The translations under genes were made by a program, and so were the position numbers. A model generated the notes under the pieces. The model ran no database searches and was not told where the DNA came from. It saw only the letters and a program-made list of their open reading frames with translations. From NCBI GenBank assembly GCA_947371715.1, contig CANBQQ010000001.1, positions 1 to 32,990 of the forward strand: DNA of 32,990 bases. The letters are read 5' to 3'. Shown here in pieces: positions 8,205 to 17,839 of the stretch; positions within the stretch are counted from its first letter, which is position 1, and each line of letters opens with the position of its first letter. The stretch is from Flavipsychrobacter stenotrophus (GTDB lineage: Bacteria; Bacteroidota; Bacteroidia; Chitinophagales; Chitinophagaceae).

Positions 8205-8463
8205 AGAATTGACAACTCATTAGAAAGTTGCCAAATCTGAGATTGTAGATAATAACTAAACACTAAAAGTTGTTATAACCAAGATGGTTGCGGCCCTACG
8301 GGACGCTGTGAAAGGGTGGGTCATGTGTTTCTACAAAGCTCTTGCCTCCTACGGGGCAATGAAATGTGATTAGTGCGGTCAACCGCAATGGACTGCACTA
8401 TGATGTGATGTTGTGCTCATGTGGTAAAGAGATTTGACAACTTTTTAGAAAGTTGTCAAATCT
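8205..8463. repeat. REP-like cluster
   Basis: Palindrome AGATTTGACAACTTTttagAAAGTTGTCAAATCT (8430-8463) with a degenerate copy at 8205-8238; CCCTACGG-type unit 8285-8362 shared with 31901-31978. Confidence 0.8.
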
Positions 8464-8487
8464 GATAATCCGGAACTACTGCGCAAT

Positions 8488-8525
8488 AAAAAAGCGAAAC
8501 GACCAACTGAGTGGTCGTTTCGCTT
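8488..8525 (-). terminator. Intrinsic terminator of the 8546-9082 gene
   Basis: AAGCGAAACGACCA-actgag-TGGTCGTTTCGCTT, with an A-run on the left that reads as a U-tract on the minus strand. Confidence 0.85.
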
Positions 8526-8545
8526 ATGAATATGCTTGTTAGTTA

Positions 8546-9082
8546 TTAAAGTTGGTCGTAGATCGGCGCATCTACGTTGCGGTAGATACCGTAGTACTGG
8601 TATGTTTTGCGGTGGAAACCTTTCTTGATAAGGCCATCTGTATCGCCTTCTTCAGGAACTGTGATCCATGCACCACGCTTGTTGAGCAACCAGCGATAGA
8701 TACAAACTGTGTTAGCACCACGACGTGTCAATGCATAGAACTGAAGGTGCTTCTGAGTGTAACCCCACTTCAACATCTGATCGTCTGTGAATTCATCTTC
8801 GCAGATAGTGATGTGTGCACGAGTTACAGGGTTTGACCAACCATATACTGCTACGCGGCCCGGACCAGGAGTGCGGTAAGCGAAGAATAAAAGTGTTTTA
8901 TTGTTCCAACCCCAGTTGATCAACTGACCGTCCTGATATTCTCCGTCAGCTACCGTTACAAACTGAGCGTCCTGAGGAACGTACCAGCGAAAAACGCGTA
9001 CCAGATCTTCCTGGGCGTAGGTCTTTGTGGTTAATAAGATAGTAGCTAATACCGTTGCAACTAGAATGATGGTTCTTTTCAT
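8546..9082 (-). CDS. Secreted protein with three ~49-aa internal repeats (DUF5648-like)
   Basis: Start at MKRTIILVA (Sec signal ending TYA-Q); repeats VxV(F/Y)RW..P....T..E.E..D.....G(W/Y/F)..K...F.A. Confidence 0.75.
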   Translation of the reverse strand: MKRTIILVATVLATILLTTKTYAQEDLVRVFRWYVPQDAQFVTVADGEYQDGQLINWGWNNKTLLFFAYRTPGPGRVAVYGWSNPVTRAHITICEDEFTDDQMLKWGYTQKHLQFYALTRRGANTVCIYRWLLNKRGAWITVPEEGDTDGLIKKGFHRKTYQYYGIYRNVDAPIYDQL

Positions 9083-9358
9083 GTTTGCTTTAATTTTCAA
9101 AAACTGCTCCAAAATACATAAAAATTTTCTTGACGAGCAAATTATTGTCCTAATTTTTTTTTCGTCATGCCATACCAGCCACTTTTTAACTTGTTCAAAT
9201 GCTTCGTTTGGCGTAGTTTTGACGCCCACTGTGTCATCGTGTCAGGTTAATAGCTATAGCACGGATTTTGATACAAATCTACAGCAATTTGAGTGTAAAA
9301 AACTTTTTCTGCTTTTTAATTAATTAATCTAAGGTAGCACTTTTAATAACATTTTATA

Positions 9359-12300
9359 ATGATAGGTTTTCTTTCTAAATTATTTGGTGGCAGTAAGTCC
9401 GATAAAGATGTTAAGCTCATACAACCCCTTGTAAGAGAGGTGAATGAACATTTTGCAGCCATGGCTTCGTTGTCTAACGATGAGCTTCGTAATAAGACCC
9501 AGGAATTCAGGGCACGCATCAAGGAATATCTAGTAGATATAGATGCCCAGATAGCGGATAAAAAAGCGGAAGCTGACCAGCTGGAAGATTTCCAGGACAG
9601 AGAAGCCATCTATAATGATGTAGATAAACTGATCAAAGCACGCGACCAGCAGATAGAAGTAGCGTTGAAAGATATTATGGCAGAAGCATTTGCCGTGGTA
9701 AAAGAAACTTCGCGCCGCTTTACCAATAACACCGAAATGATCTCTACTGCTACAGACCTGGACAGGGAACTGGCATTAGACCGACCACATATCACCATCA
9801 ATGGTGACCAATCTACCTTTAAGAACACCTGGGATGCAGCGGGCAGCACAGTGACCTGGAACATGGTACACTATGATGTGCAGCTGATAGGTGGTGCAGT
9901 ATTGCACAGCGGCAAAATTGCTGAAATGGCTACGGGTGAAGGTAAGACCCTCGTATCTACATTACCTGCCTACCTGAATGCACTGGCAGGAGAAGGCGTA
10001 CATATAGTAACGGTGAATGATTACCTGGCCCGCCGTGACCAGGAATGGAACGCGCCAATATTCGAATGGCTGGGATTGACAACCGATTGTATAGATAAGC
10101 ACGAGCCAAACTCACCTGAGCGTCGCCAGGCTTACCTTGCAGATATCACTTATGGTACCAATAACGAATTTGGTTTTGACTACCTGCGTGATAACATGGT
10201 ACACCACCCTGAAGAAATGGTGCAGCGCAAACATCACTATGCAATGGTGGATGAGGTGGATAGTGTATTGATAGATGATGCACGTACACCGCTGATCATA
10301 TCAGGACCGATACCTAAGGGCGATGAGCAACAGTTCCATATGCTGAAGCCACGTATTGAAAAGCTGATGGAAGCACAGAGAAGGGTGATCAACGCCAGTC
10401 TTACTGAAGCCAAGAAGCTGATAGCCGAGGGTAAAACAGATAAAGAAGCGGGTGGCTTGCACCTATATCGTGCTTATCGTGGATTGCCGAAGAACAGTGC
10501 TTTGATCAAGTACCTGAGCGAAGAAGGCCACAAGCAGATACTACAGAAAACGGAAAATTATTTCATTGGTGAGCAGCAGCGCAACATGCCTAAGGTAGAC
10601 GTGGAGTTGTTCTTTGCCATTGACGAAAAGAATAACAGCGTAGACCTTACAGAAAAGGGCACACAGCTGATAACAGGTGCAGGCGAAGATGCAGGATTCT
10701 TCGTATTGCCTGATATAGGCAGCGAGCTGGCTGAAATAGAAAAGCTGACCATCTCGGCTGATGAGAAGAAGCAACGTAAAGATCTTTTACTGCAGGATTA
10801 TGCAGTAAAGGCCGACCGTATACATTCATTGCAGCAATTGCTGAAAGCATATACTTTGTTTGACAAAGACATTGAGTATGTGGTAATGGATGGCAAGGTG
10901 AAAATTGTAGATGAGCAGACAGGCCGTATAATGGAAGGTCGCCGCTACAGTGATGGACTACACCAGGCGATAGAAGCTAAGGAAGATGTAAACGTGGAAG
11001 CAGCAACACAGACATTTGCTACGATCACTTTGCAGAACTTCTTCCGTATGTATCATAAGCTGGCAGGTATGACCGGTACAGCGGAAACAGAAGCAGGTGA
11101 GTTCTGGACGATATACAAGCTGGATGTGGTAACTATACCTACTAACAGAAATGTTATCCGTAAAGATCAGCAGGACCTTGTATACAAGACCAAGCGTGAA
11201 AAATATAAGGCTGCGATAGATGAGATAGAAGCACTGGCCAAGGCGGGTCGCCCGGTACTAGTGGGAACTACATCGGTTGAAGTATCTGAATTGCTGAGCC
11301 GTATGCTGCAGCAGAAGAAGATAGCACACAATGTATTGAATGCTAAACAGCACTCACGTGAAGCACAAATAGTTGCTGAAGCGGGCTTGCCGGGCGCAAT
11401 AACCATAGCAACCAACATGGCCGGTCGTGGTACCGATATCAAGCTGGGACCCGGGGTTAAAGAAGCTGGTGGATTGGCTATTGTGGGTACAGAGCGTCAT
11501 GAAAGTCGCCGTGTGGATCGCCAGTTGCGTGGTCGTGCGGGTCGCCAGGGAGATCCGGGAACATCACAGTTCTTTGTATCGCTGGAAGATGACCTGATGC
11601 GTTTGTTCGGCTCTGAGCGTATAGCCTCATTGATGGACAAGATGGGCCACAAGGAAGGTGAGGTATTACAGCATGGCATGATCTCTAAGTCTATTGAGCG
11701 TGCACAACGTAAGGTGGAAGAGAACAACTTTGGCATTCGTAAAAACTTGCTGGAGTATGATGATGTAATGAATGCACAGCGCGATGTTATCTACAAGCGC
11801 CGTAACCACGCATTGTTTGGCGATCGTTTGTCTATTGACCTGGATAATGCCATGTATGCCGTTTGCAGCAGCTATGCAGAACAATATGCACTGAACAGAG
11901 ATAAGGAAGCGTTTACCATAGAAGTAATGCAGCACCTGGCTATAGAGCCTGAGATCAACGATGCAGATATGGCGAAAGGCGATGCTAATGTTATAGCAGA
12001 ACAGCTATACAACCAGGTAAAAGATTTCTACACCAGAAAGATGCAGGCATTGCGCGAGCATATGCTGCCTAACCTGGCACAATTGCTGCAGGAGCATGGT
12101 GACAGGATAGACAACATCTCTGTACCATTTACTGATGGCCTGCGTGGTATGCAGCTGTATGTTCCGCTGAAAGATGCGGTAATGTTTGAAGGTCATCCGA
12201 TAACACAGACGCTGGAAAAGAACATTACTCTGGCAATGATAGATGATGCATGGAAGAACCACCTGCGTGCTATGGACGATCTTCGCCAATCAGTGCGTAT

Positions 12301-12667
12301 GGCGTCTTACGAGCAGAAGGATCCATTGTTGATCTATAAGTTTGAAGGCTTCAACCTGTTCAAGCAGATGATGCTGGAAACAAATGGCAGTATCATATCT
12401 TTCTTGTTGCGTGCAGGCATACCAATGCAGGAAGTACCGCAGGAAGCGATAGAAATACCTTCTCAGCATACCGACATGAGCCAGATGCGTGTAAACAAAC
12501 TGGATGATGAAATGGGCGAACAGGAGTACTACACCGAAACACCTGATCCTCAGCCGGAAGTAAGGCGCCAGCCAGTAGTTTCAGGACCGAAGATCGGCCG
12601 CAATGATGATTGTCCTTGTGGTAGTGGTAAGAAGTTCAAGAACTGCCACGGCAAAGGAATGAATTAA
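9359..12667 (+). CDS. secA: Preprotein translocase ATPase SecA
   Basis: EMATGEGKT, VTVNDYLA, VDEVDSVLID, ATNMAGRGTDI, QLRGRAGRQGDPG; C-terminal SEC-C GRNDDCPCGSGKKFKNCHG. Confidence 0.99.
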   Translation: MIGFLSKLFGGSKSDKDVKLIQPLVREVNEHFAAMASLSNDELRNKTQEFRARIKEYLVDIDAQIADKKAEADQLEDFQDREAIYNDVDKLIKARDQQIEVALKDIMAEAFAVVKETSRRFTNNTEMISTATDLDRELALDRPHITINGDQSTFKNTWDAAGSTVTWNMVHYDVQLIGGAVLHSGKIAEMATGEGKTLVSTLPAYLNALAGEGVHIVTVNDYLARRDQEWNAPIFEWLGLTTDCIDKHEPNSPERRQAYLADITYGTNNEFGFDYLRDNMVHHPEEMVQRKHHYAMVDEVDSVLIDDARTPLIISGPIPKGDEQQFHMLKPRIEKLMEAQRRVINASLTEAKKLIAEGKTDKEAGGLHLYRAYRGLPKNSALIKYLSEEGHKQILQKTENYFIGEQQRNMPKVDVELFFAIDEKNNSVDLTEKGTQLITGAGEDAGFFVLPDIGSELAEIEKLTISADEKKQRKDLLLQDYAVKADRIHSLQQLLKAYTLFDKDIEYVVMDGKVKIVDEQTGRIMEGRRYSDGLHQAIEAKEDVNVEAATQTFATITLQNFFRMYHKLAGMTGTAETEAGEFWTIYKLDVVTIPTNRNVIRKDQQDLVYKTKREKYKAAIDEIEALAKAGRPVLVGTTSVEVSELLSRMLQQKKIAHNVLNAKQHSREAQIVAEAGLPGAITIATNMAGRGTDIKLGPGVKEAGGLAIVGTERHESRRVDRQLRGRAGRQGDPGTSQFFVSLEDDLMRLFGSERIASLMDKMGHKEGEVLQHGMISKSIERAQRKVEENNFGIRKNLLEYDDVMNAQRDVIYKRRNHALFGDRLSIDLDNAMYAVCSSYAEQYALNRDKEAFTIEVMQHLAIEPEINDADMAKGDANVIAEQLYNQVKDFYTRKMQALREHMLPNLAQLLQEHGDRIDNISVPFTDGLRGMQLYVPLKDAVMFEGHPITQTLEKNITLAMIDDAWKNHLRAMDDLRQSVRMASYEQKDPLLIYKFEGFNLFKQMMLETNGSIISFLLRAGIPMQEVPQEAIEIPSQHTDMSQMRVNKLDDEMGEQEYYTETPDPQPEVRRQPVVSGPKIGRNDDCPCGSGKKFKNCHGKGMN

Positions 12668-12690
12668 TCAATAATAGCTTTAGAATAATG

Positions 12691-12728
12691 ACAACCCCGA
12701 CGAGACTCGTCGGGGTTGTTTGTTTTTG
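12691..12728 (+). terminator. Intrinsic terminator after secA
   Basis: ACAACCCCGACGAG-a-CTCGTCGGGGTTGT followed by TTGTTTTT. Confidence 0.9.
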
Positions 12729-12758
12729 TATCATACAGGAAGCAAAAAATATGGCGAA

Positions 12759-12790
12759 TTTGGACATATTTAGACATATTTGTACCTTTA
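12759..12790 (+). promoter_or_regulatory. parDE promoter with tandem GACATATTT operator-like repeats
   Basis: TTTG (12759-62), 20-nt spacer, TACCTTTA (12783-90); the spacer holds GACATATTT twice (12763-71, 12773-81). Confidence 0.6.
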
Positions 12791-12810
12791 GTTTTTAAAA
12801 AAGATGGGTT

Positions 12811-13035
12811 ATGAATATCAGTTTCACGGATAAGCAGAATGATTACATTGCCAAACAGGTACAAGGAGGTGATTATCAAAATGCATCGGAAGTGGTAAGA
12901 GATGCATTGCGACTACATGAATTATACAGAAACAAAGTACTGGAGGAGTTGCGAACCGAAATAACAAAAGGCTTAAACGGACCGGTTAGCAAGCGCACAG
13001 TTAAAGACATAATTAAATCAAAGGCTATCAAATAA
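12811..13035 (+). CDS. parD: Type II antitoxin, ParD family (ribbon-helix-helix)
   Basis: MNISFT..Q...I...V..G.YQNASEVVRDALR signature; directly upstream of ParE. Confidence 0.9.
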   Translation: MNISFTDKQNDYIAKQVQGGDYQNASEVVRDALRLHELYRNKVLEELRTEITKGLNGPVSKRTVKDIIKSKAIK

Positions 13036-13038
13036 GCT

Positions 13039-13344
13039 ATGGTGTTCCTTTATGAACTTTCTCAGGATGCTGATGATGACCTTGTCAGGATATACGATTA
13101 CACCTCTGAGCAATTCGGCAACGAGCAGGCAATTAAATATCTGACCGGCCTTGAAGACATCTTCCAAAATTTATGCAAGAATCCATTATCAGGTAGAAAC
13201 AGAAATGAAATAGCAGAGGGAATAAGGAGTATATCTTTTGTAAGCCACGTGGTATTCTACAAATTAAAAGAAGAGAAATTATTAATAGTGCGTGTGCTTC
13301 ATGCAAGCAGAGATGTGACCAGATATTTTCCGCTGCAGGAGTAA
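13039..13344 (+). CDS. parE: Type II toxin, RelE/ParE family
   Basis: YELSQDADDDL..IY.Y...QFG..QA..Y, NP.SGR, SHVVFY, IVRVLHASRD. Confidence 0.9.
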   Translation: MVFLYELSQDADDDLVRIYDYTSEQFGNEQAIKYLTGLEDIFQNLCKNPLSGRNRNEIAEGIRSISFVSHVVFYKLKEEKLLIVRVLHASRDVTRYFPLQE

Positions 13345-13370
13345 AACTAATGAGTGTCCATCTATCTTTT

Positions 13371-13808
13371 ATGAAAAATATTATTGTTCTCTTATTTATG
13401 TTTTGTGCATGCAATCGACATCATAACACAGCTGCGCAGATCTATCTGTCTGGCAATGTAGGCGATATTAGCAATTGGACATTATCGGGCTATGACAGTG
13501 CGATGGATCGTGATACATTGAGGTATAGATACGATACAGCCCTATTCTTGTTGCGAGGTCATTTCAGCCCCAACAATAAAGAGAAGATTCAGGGAACAAT
13601 GTTCTATTATAAAAACAAGCCTGAAGGGAGATCGTATGTCTGCAATGAGGACGGAAGCCTGAGTGCAGCATGCTATTATGTTAATGGGAAACTAGAAGGT
13701 GATTTTGTTGTCTATGGCGCTAATAGGAAGGTAAAAGCTGTAACCGTGTATAAAAATGGGATAGCGATATCAGATGCTAAATATAATGACGACGGCAGCA
13801 TAAAGTAA
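13371..13808 (+). CDS. Putative lipoprotein with MORN-variant (YwqK-like) repeats
   Basis: MKNIIVLLFMFCAC lipobox-like start; YYKNKPEG..Y..NEDGSL, YVNGKLEG, YKNG and YNDDGSIK repeats. Confidence 0.65.
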   Translation: MKNIIVLLFMFCACNRHHNTAAQIYLSGNVGDISNWTLSGYDSAMDRDTLRYRYDTALFLLRGHFSPNNKEKIQGTMFYYKNKPEGRSYVCNEDGSLSAACYYVNGKLEGDFVVYGANRKVKAVTVYKNGIAISDAKYNDDGSIK

Positions 13809-13934
13809 TTACACTTTTTAGTGCCACAGCTATTAGTTTCATCCATATCGACATTCACAAATAAAAAAACCTCATATTCCTATAATCCCTGTGCATTTTA
13901 TACTTTTGGGCTGTTCTTTTGACTTTTACTTATT

Positions 13935-14750
13935 ATGAAATTACCATACATACTCCGTCTTGCAGATGATGCGCTGATAATTGGACAACGCCTGGGCGAA
14001 TGGACCGGTCACGGACCGATACTGGAACAGGACATTGCGCTGACCAATGCCGCTCTGGACCATGTAGGCCGTGCGCGGAGTCTGTATCAATATGCTGCGG
14101 AGGTGTTTAACCAATTGCCAAAGGAACAGCAGTTGACCTACTTTACTTCAATGGCGATACAGGAAAAGATAAAAGCCGGAGAAAGTATTGATGAAGATAC
14201 ACTTGCTTACCTGCGTGACGGATGGGATTTCAGGAATGTACTGCTGGTAGAACGTCCCAACATAGACTGGGCCTACACCGTAGCCCGTGGTTTCTTCTTT
14301 GACGCTTTTAATTTCTTTTACTTCACAGCGCTTTCCAAAAGTACTGATGCTACAATTGCCGCCGTTGCTGAAAAATCTTTGAAAGAAGTAACGTATCACC
14401 TCCGCTGGAGCAGCGAGTGGGTAATACGACTGGGAGATGGTACCGACGAAAGCCACGAGAAGATGCAGCAGGCGATCAATGAAACATGGTCTTTTACAGG
14501 CGAGCTGTTTGTAGCTACAGATTATGAAGCCGCAATGACTGCTGAATGTGTTTCCCCTAATCTGCAACAGATCCAAACCCTGTGGACTGCAAGAATAAAC
14601 GAAGTGCTGGATGAGGCTACCCTTACCCTACCTGCGGCAGGTGCATGGATGCAGCAAGGTGGCAAAGCGGGCACGCACACTGAAGAATTGGGTTATATAC
14701 TGACCGAACTACAGTTTATGCAGCGCACCTACCCTAATATGCAATGGTAA
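13935..14750 (+). CDS. paaC: 1,2-phenylacetyl-CoA epoxidase subunit C
   Basis: LRLADDALIIGQRLGEWTGHGPILEQDIAL, KEVTYHLRWS..W.IRLGDGT.ES, HTEELGYIL.ELQFMQRTYP..QW. Confidence 0.95.
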   Translation: MKLPYILRLADDALIIGQRLGEWTGHGPILEQDIALTNAALDHVGRARSLYQYAAEVFNQLPKEQQLTYFTSMAIQEKIKAGESIDEDTLAYLRDGWDFRNVLLVERPNIDWAYTVARGFFFDAFNFFYFTALSKSTDATIAAVAEKSLKEVTYHLRWSSEWVIRLGDGTDESHEKMQQAINETWSFTGELFVATDYEAAMTAECVSPNLQQIQTLWTARINEVLDEATLTLPAAGAWMQQGGKAGTHTEELGYILTELQFMQRTYPNMQW

Positions 14751-14799
14751 TAAATTGGCACAATTACCGTTATAATCATTAAACTATTAGTACTCCCTG

Positions 14800-15510
14800 A
14801 TGAACGTATCTCTTATCTTACCCTGTTACAACCCGCCACAGGACTGGGAGAGAAATGTCTATACCAATTATGTTGCCTTCTGCGATCGGATCAATGACAA
14901 GGCAGAACTGATAATGGTAATAGATGGCGTGAGTGAATCAATTACGGGAGAGCAACTGATATACCTGCAGCAGAATATCCCCCTGCTGAAGCTGATACAA
15001 TATGCAGAAAACAGGGGCAAGGGGTATGCGCTAAGACAAGGCGTAGCAGCAGCAACGGGCAACATCATCTTGTATACCGACATAGATTTCCCGTATACAA
15101 TAGAGAGCATGTATGCCGTGTATAACGACCTGAAGAACGACCTGCATGATGTAGCTATAGGGGTAAAGAATGAAAGCTACTACACACACATACCACCCGT
15201 ACGTAAAGCTATTTCGCAGGCACTGAGAGCAATGATCAAGACATTTCTGTCGCTACCTGTAACAGATACCCAATGCGGATTGAAGGGATTCAAGCAAACC
15301 GTAAAGCCACTATTCCTTAAGACTACCATAGACCGATACCTGTTTGACCTGGAGTTTGTGCGTAACTGCTACCGCAGCAGGCACCACACGATACACCCGA
15401 TACCCGTAGCGCTGAACGAGCAGGTACACTTCCGCAAGATGAACTACCGTATATTACTGCCTGAATTGCTGAACTTCGCCATGCTGCTGACAAAGAAACC
15501 GAATGAATAA
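14800..15510 (+). CDS. Glycosyltransferase family 2, DPM/polyprenol-phosphate glycosyltransferase-like
   Basis: SLILPCYN, NRGKGYALRQG, YTDID (DxD), DTQCGLKGF, YLFDLE. Confidence 0.9.
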   Translation: MNVSLILPCYNPPQDWERNVYTNYVAFCDRINDKAELIMVIDGVSESITGEQLIYLQQNIPLLKLIQYAENRGKGYALRQGVAAATGNIILYTDIDFPYTIESMYAVYNDLKNDLHDVAIGVKNESYYTHIPPVRKAISQALRAMIKTFLSLPVTDTQCGLKGFKQTVKPLFLKTTIDRYLFDLEFVRNCYRSRHHTIHPIPVALNEQVHFRKMNYRILLPELLNFAMLLTKKPNE

Positions 15511-17839
15511 TATAGGGCCAAAGACGGGGTTGCTCATTACTATTGTTTTCGCAATAGCAGTGACCACATTTGCGCTTGGCGGCATTGTTACCCATCCATG
15601 GCACATGATCACCGAACTGGGTGCAGACGGTGGTAAGAATATCTTTACCTACCTCTACCATTCGCTATATGGTAAGGGCCTCTGGTTTAATGGTATGAAC
15701 TATCCTTATGGCGAACATATTGTTTATACAGACGGACAGCCACTATTATCAGTTCCGCTGAGTTATCTGAAAGGACACGTGACTATAGAAAGTGCACTGA
15801 CCATCATGTGGTGGGCTATAGCGCTGAGCTATGTTCTATCGATCGTGTACTGCTACAAGATACTTGTACAATTCAAAGTGCCGTGGTTACCGGCAATGTT
15901 GTTTGCAGCATTGATATCTCTTTGCAGTCCGCAGCTGATGGGCATTTCGGGCCACTATGCATTGGCTTACTGCTGCTTTCTACCCATGCTCTTTTATTAC
16001 ACCCTACAGTATTACTCAACCGGGAAATGGAAGTACCCGGTCTTTATATTCATCATGGGTTGTATCAGTATACTCCTGCACCCCTATTTTGCCGCTGTAG
16101 CACTGATTTGGGCGGGTTGTTATACACTCGGCTACTTCCTTACCGCCAAGGCAGGATTATGGCCTAAATTAAAGCATGCAATCCCCTTACTGATAAGTAC
16201 AGGTGCTGTGTTGGTACTCTTCGGCATATTCATGAAGCTAACGGACCCTTTTGCCAAAGAGCGCCCTGCCATGCCATTTGGTATGCTGGCCAACTGTACG
16301 CATATCAAAGATATTTTCAGCTCGGTATATTCACCGTTCTGGGGAATAGTGAAGGACCACACCCGATTTACAAAGATCAGTGCCGGTGGTGAAGGATTTA
16401 TATACCTGGGACTAGCCGTGATCTTTGCCGTAGGATATGCTATACTTAGCGCTATCAGGAAGCTGATAAGAAAAGATACAGCAACTTTACTGACACCGAC
16501 GTTCCATCCTATCTGGCTGATCATGGCTACACTTGCACTATTGTTTGGTATGGGCGTGCCCTTTATCTGGCATATGGAGTGGCTGCTGGATTATGCTTCT
16601 GCATTCCGTCAATTCCGCACACTGGGGCGTTTCAGCTGGATATTTTACTACATCATTACCATCTATGGCGCAGTGGTCATATACTCTCTGTATGCCCGTT
16701 ACCTGGCCAACAACAAAAAGACTATTGCAAACGCCGTTATCACAGTGGGTTTAGGTATTTGGGCGATAGAGGCGAACGGATACTTACAGCGCTCGCGCAA
16801 TGCAGCTAAAGAAGGTTACATCAATTACAACATCTTCCTTTCTAAGAGTGAACTTAACAATAAGCAATGGGGAGAGTTTGTTACAAAGCCGGATGAAATT
16901 ATCTCCTGGAAGGAGTTTCTTGCAGCGCATAATTATACCAAAGATTCTTTTCAGTCTATACTTGTACTACCCTTCTTTGCCACCGGCAGCGAAAAGCTAT
17001 GGGTGTGCAGCGATGAGAATATAAGTGCATGGTCTGTTGCCATGGCGGCAAAAGCAGGCATACAGTTGCACCTGCCTGTAGTAGATATTATGATGTCGCG
17101 CAGCTCATGGGTGCAAACTTTAAAACAGGTAAAAATAGCAGGCGGTCCATATGCTGAAAAGCCAATGCTGAATGAGTTGAAAAGTAATAAACCATTCCTG
17201 CTGCTGCATACCGACTATGCGCCGCTTAATCCAGATCAGCAGTACCTGCTTGATCTATCTAAGCCCCTTGGGCATTTTCTGCATTGCACCGTATATGTAT
17301 GTTATCCCGACCAGATAAAAAAGACCGATGATTACTATAATTATTCTGCGCATTTTAGTTGTATTAATGCCAATTCAATAAATGGCAACTTCTACTCAGA
17401 TCACTTTAGCAATGGGAGATTTCATTCCCCATTCAATGATGGAGCAATGCCCTTAAAGGAAATAAAGGAAACGATTTGTGATGTACCACTTACCCCTGTA
17501 AAAGATAACCAGTTGTATGAATTTTCATGCTGGTTCAGAACACCGGAAGATAATTATAAAAGCCCTGATTGCATGCTGTACGCTCTAAATAGCAAAAATG
17601 CAATTATCGATTCATTCCCCGCACGCTCTATAGAAAGTGTTGACAACTTTGGAGTGTGGTTGCGATGCAACGCTTATTTCACATTATCAGCAGCCACAAG
17701 GCATATCAGATGTAGGATGCTTAACTTTGCAGACCAGCCATGTCTGGCAATGGATGAATTGATGATCCGGCCGGCAGATTCAGTGATGATTAGTAATGGC
17801 AGGATCAATAACCACTGGCTAAATAGAAGGTATGAATGA
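15503..17839 (+). CDS. Multi-pass membrane protein, putative GT-C fold glycosyltransferase with C-terminal beta-sandwich (CBM-like) domain
   Basis: N-terminal TM followed by DGGKN loop, GMNYPYGEHIVYTDGQP, EGFIYLG, RQFRTLGRF; about 12 hydrophobic segments; C-terminal YEFSCW...W...F...MDELMIRP. Confidence 0.6.
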   Translation: MNNIGPKTGLLITIVFAIAVTTFALGGIVTHPWHMITELGADGGKNIFTYLYHSLYGKGLWFNGMNYPYGEHIVYTDGQPLLSVPLSYLKGHVTIESALTIMWWAIALSYVLSIVYCYKILVQFKVPWLPAMLFAALISLCSPQLMGISGHYALAYCCFLPMLFYYTLQYYSTGKWKYPVFIFIMGCISILLHPYFAAVALIWAGCYTLGYFLTAKAGLWPKLKHAIPLLISTGAVLVLFGIFMKLTDPFAKERPAMPFGMLANCTHIKDIFSSVYSPFWGIVKDHTRFTKISAGGEGFIYLGLAVIFAVGYAILSAIRKLIRKDTATLLTPTFHPIWLIMATLALLFGMGVPFIWHMEWLLDYASAFRQFRTLGRFSWIFYYIITIYGAVVIYSLYARYLANNKKTIANAVITVGLGIWAIEANGYLQRSRNAAKEGYINYNIFLSKSELNNKQWGEFVTKPDEIISWKEFLAAHNYTKDSFQSILVLPFFATGSEKLWVCSDENISAWSVAMAAKAGIQLHLPVVDIMMSRSSWVQTLKQVKIAGGPYAEKPMLNELKSNKPFLLLHTDYAPLNPDQQYLLDLSKPLGHFLHCTVYVCYPDQIKKTDDYYNYSAHFSCINANSINGNFYSDHFSNGRFHSPFNDGAMPLKEIKETICDVPLTPVKDNQLYEFSCWFRTPEDNYKSPDCMLYALNSKNAIIDSFPARSIESVDNFGVWLRCNAYFTLSAATRHIRCRMLNFADQPCLAMDELMIRPADSVMISNGRINNHWLNRRYE

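Noticed and set aside
9083-9229. Long N-terminal extension of the 227-aa ORF (also extensions at 20747-20833, 27644-27700 and 29447-29467)
   Set aside because: Signal peptides or family motifs begin at the downstream starts, and some extensions overlap promoter boxes.
6166-12289. Numerous short ORFs antisense to E1, the repeat protein and secA
   Set aside because: Fully overlapped by well-supported genes and lack recognisable motifs. The same applies to shadows within purL, the paa/GT genes and the Omp85-like gene.
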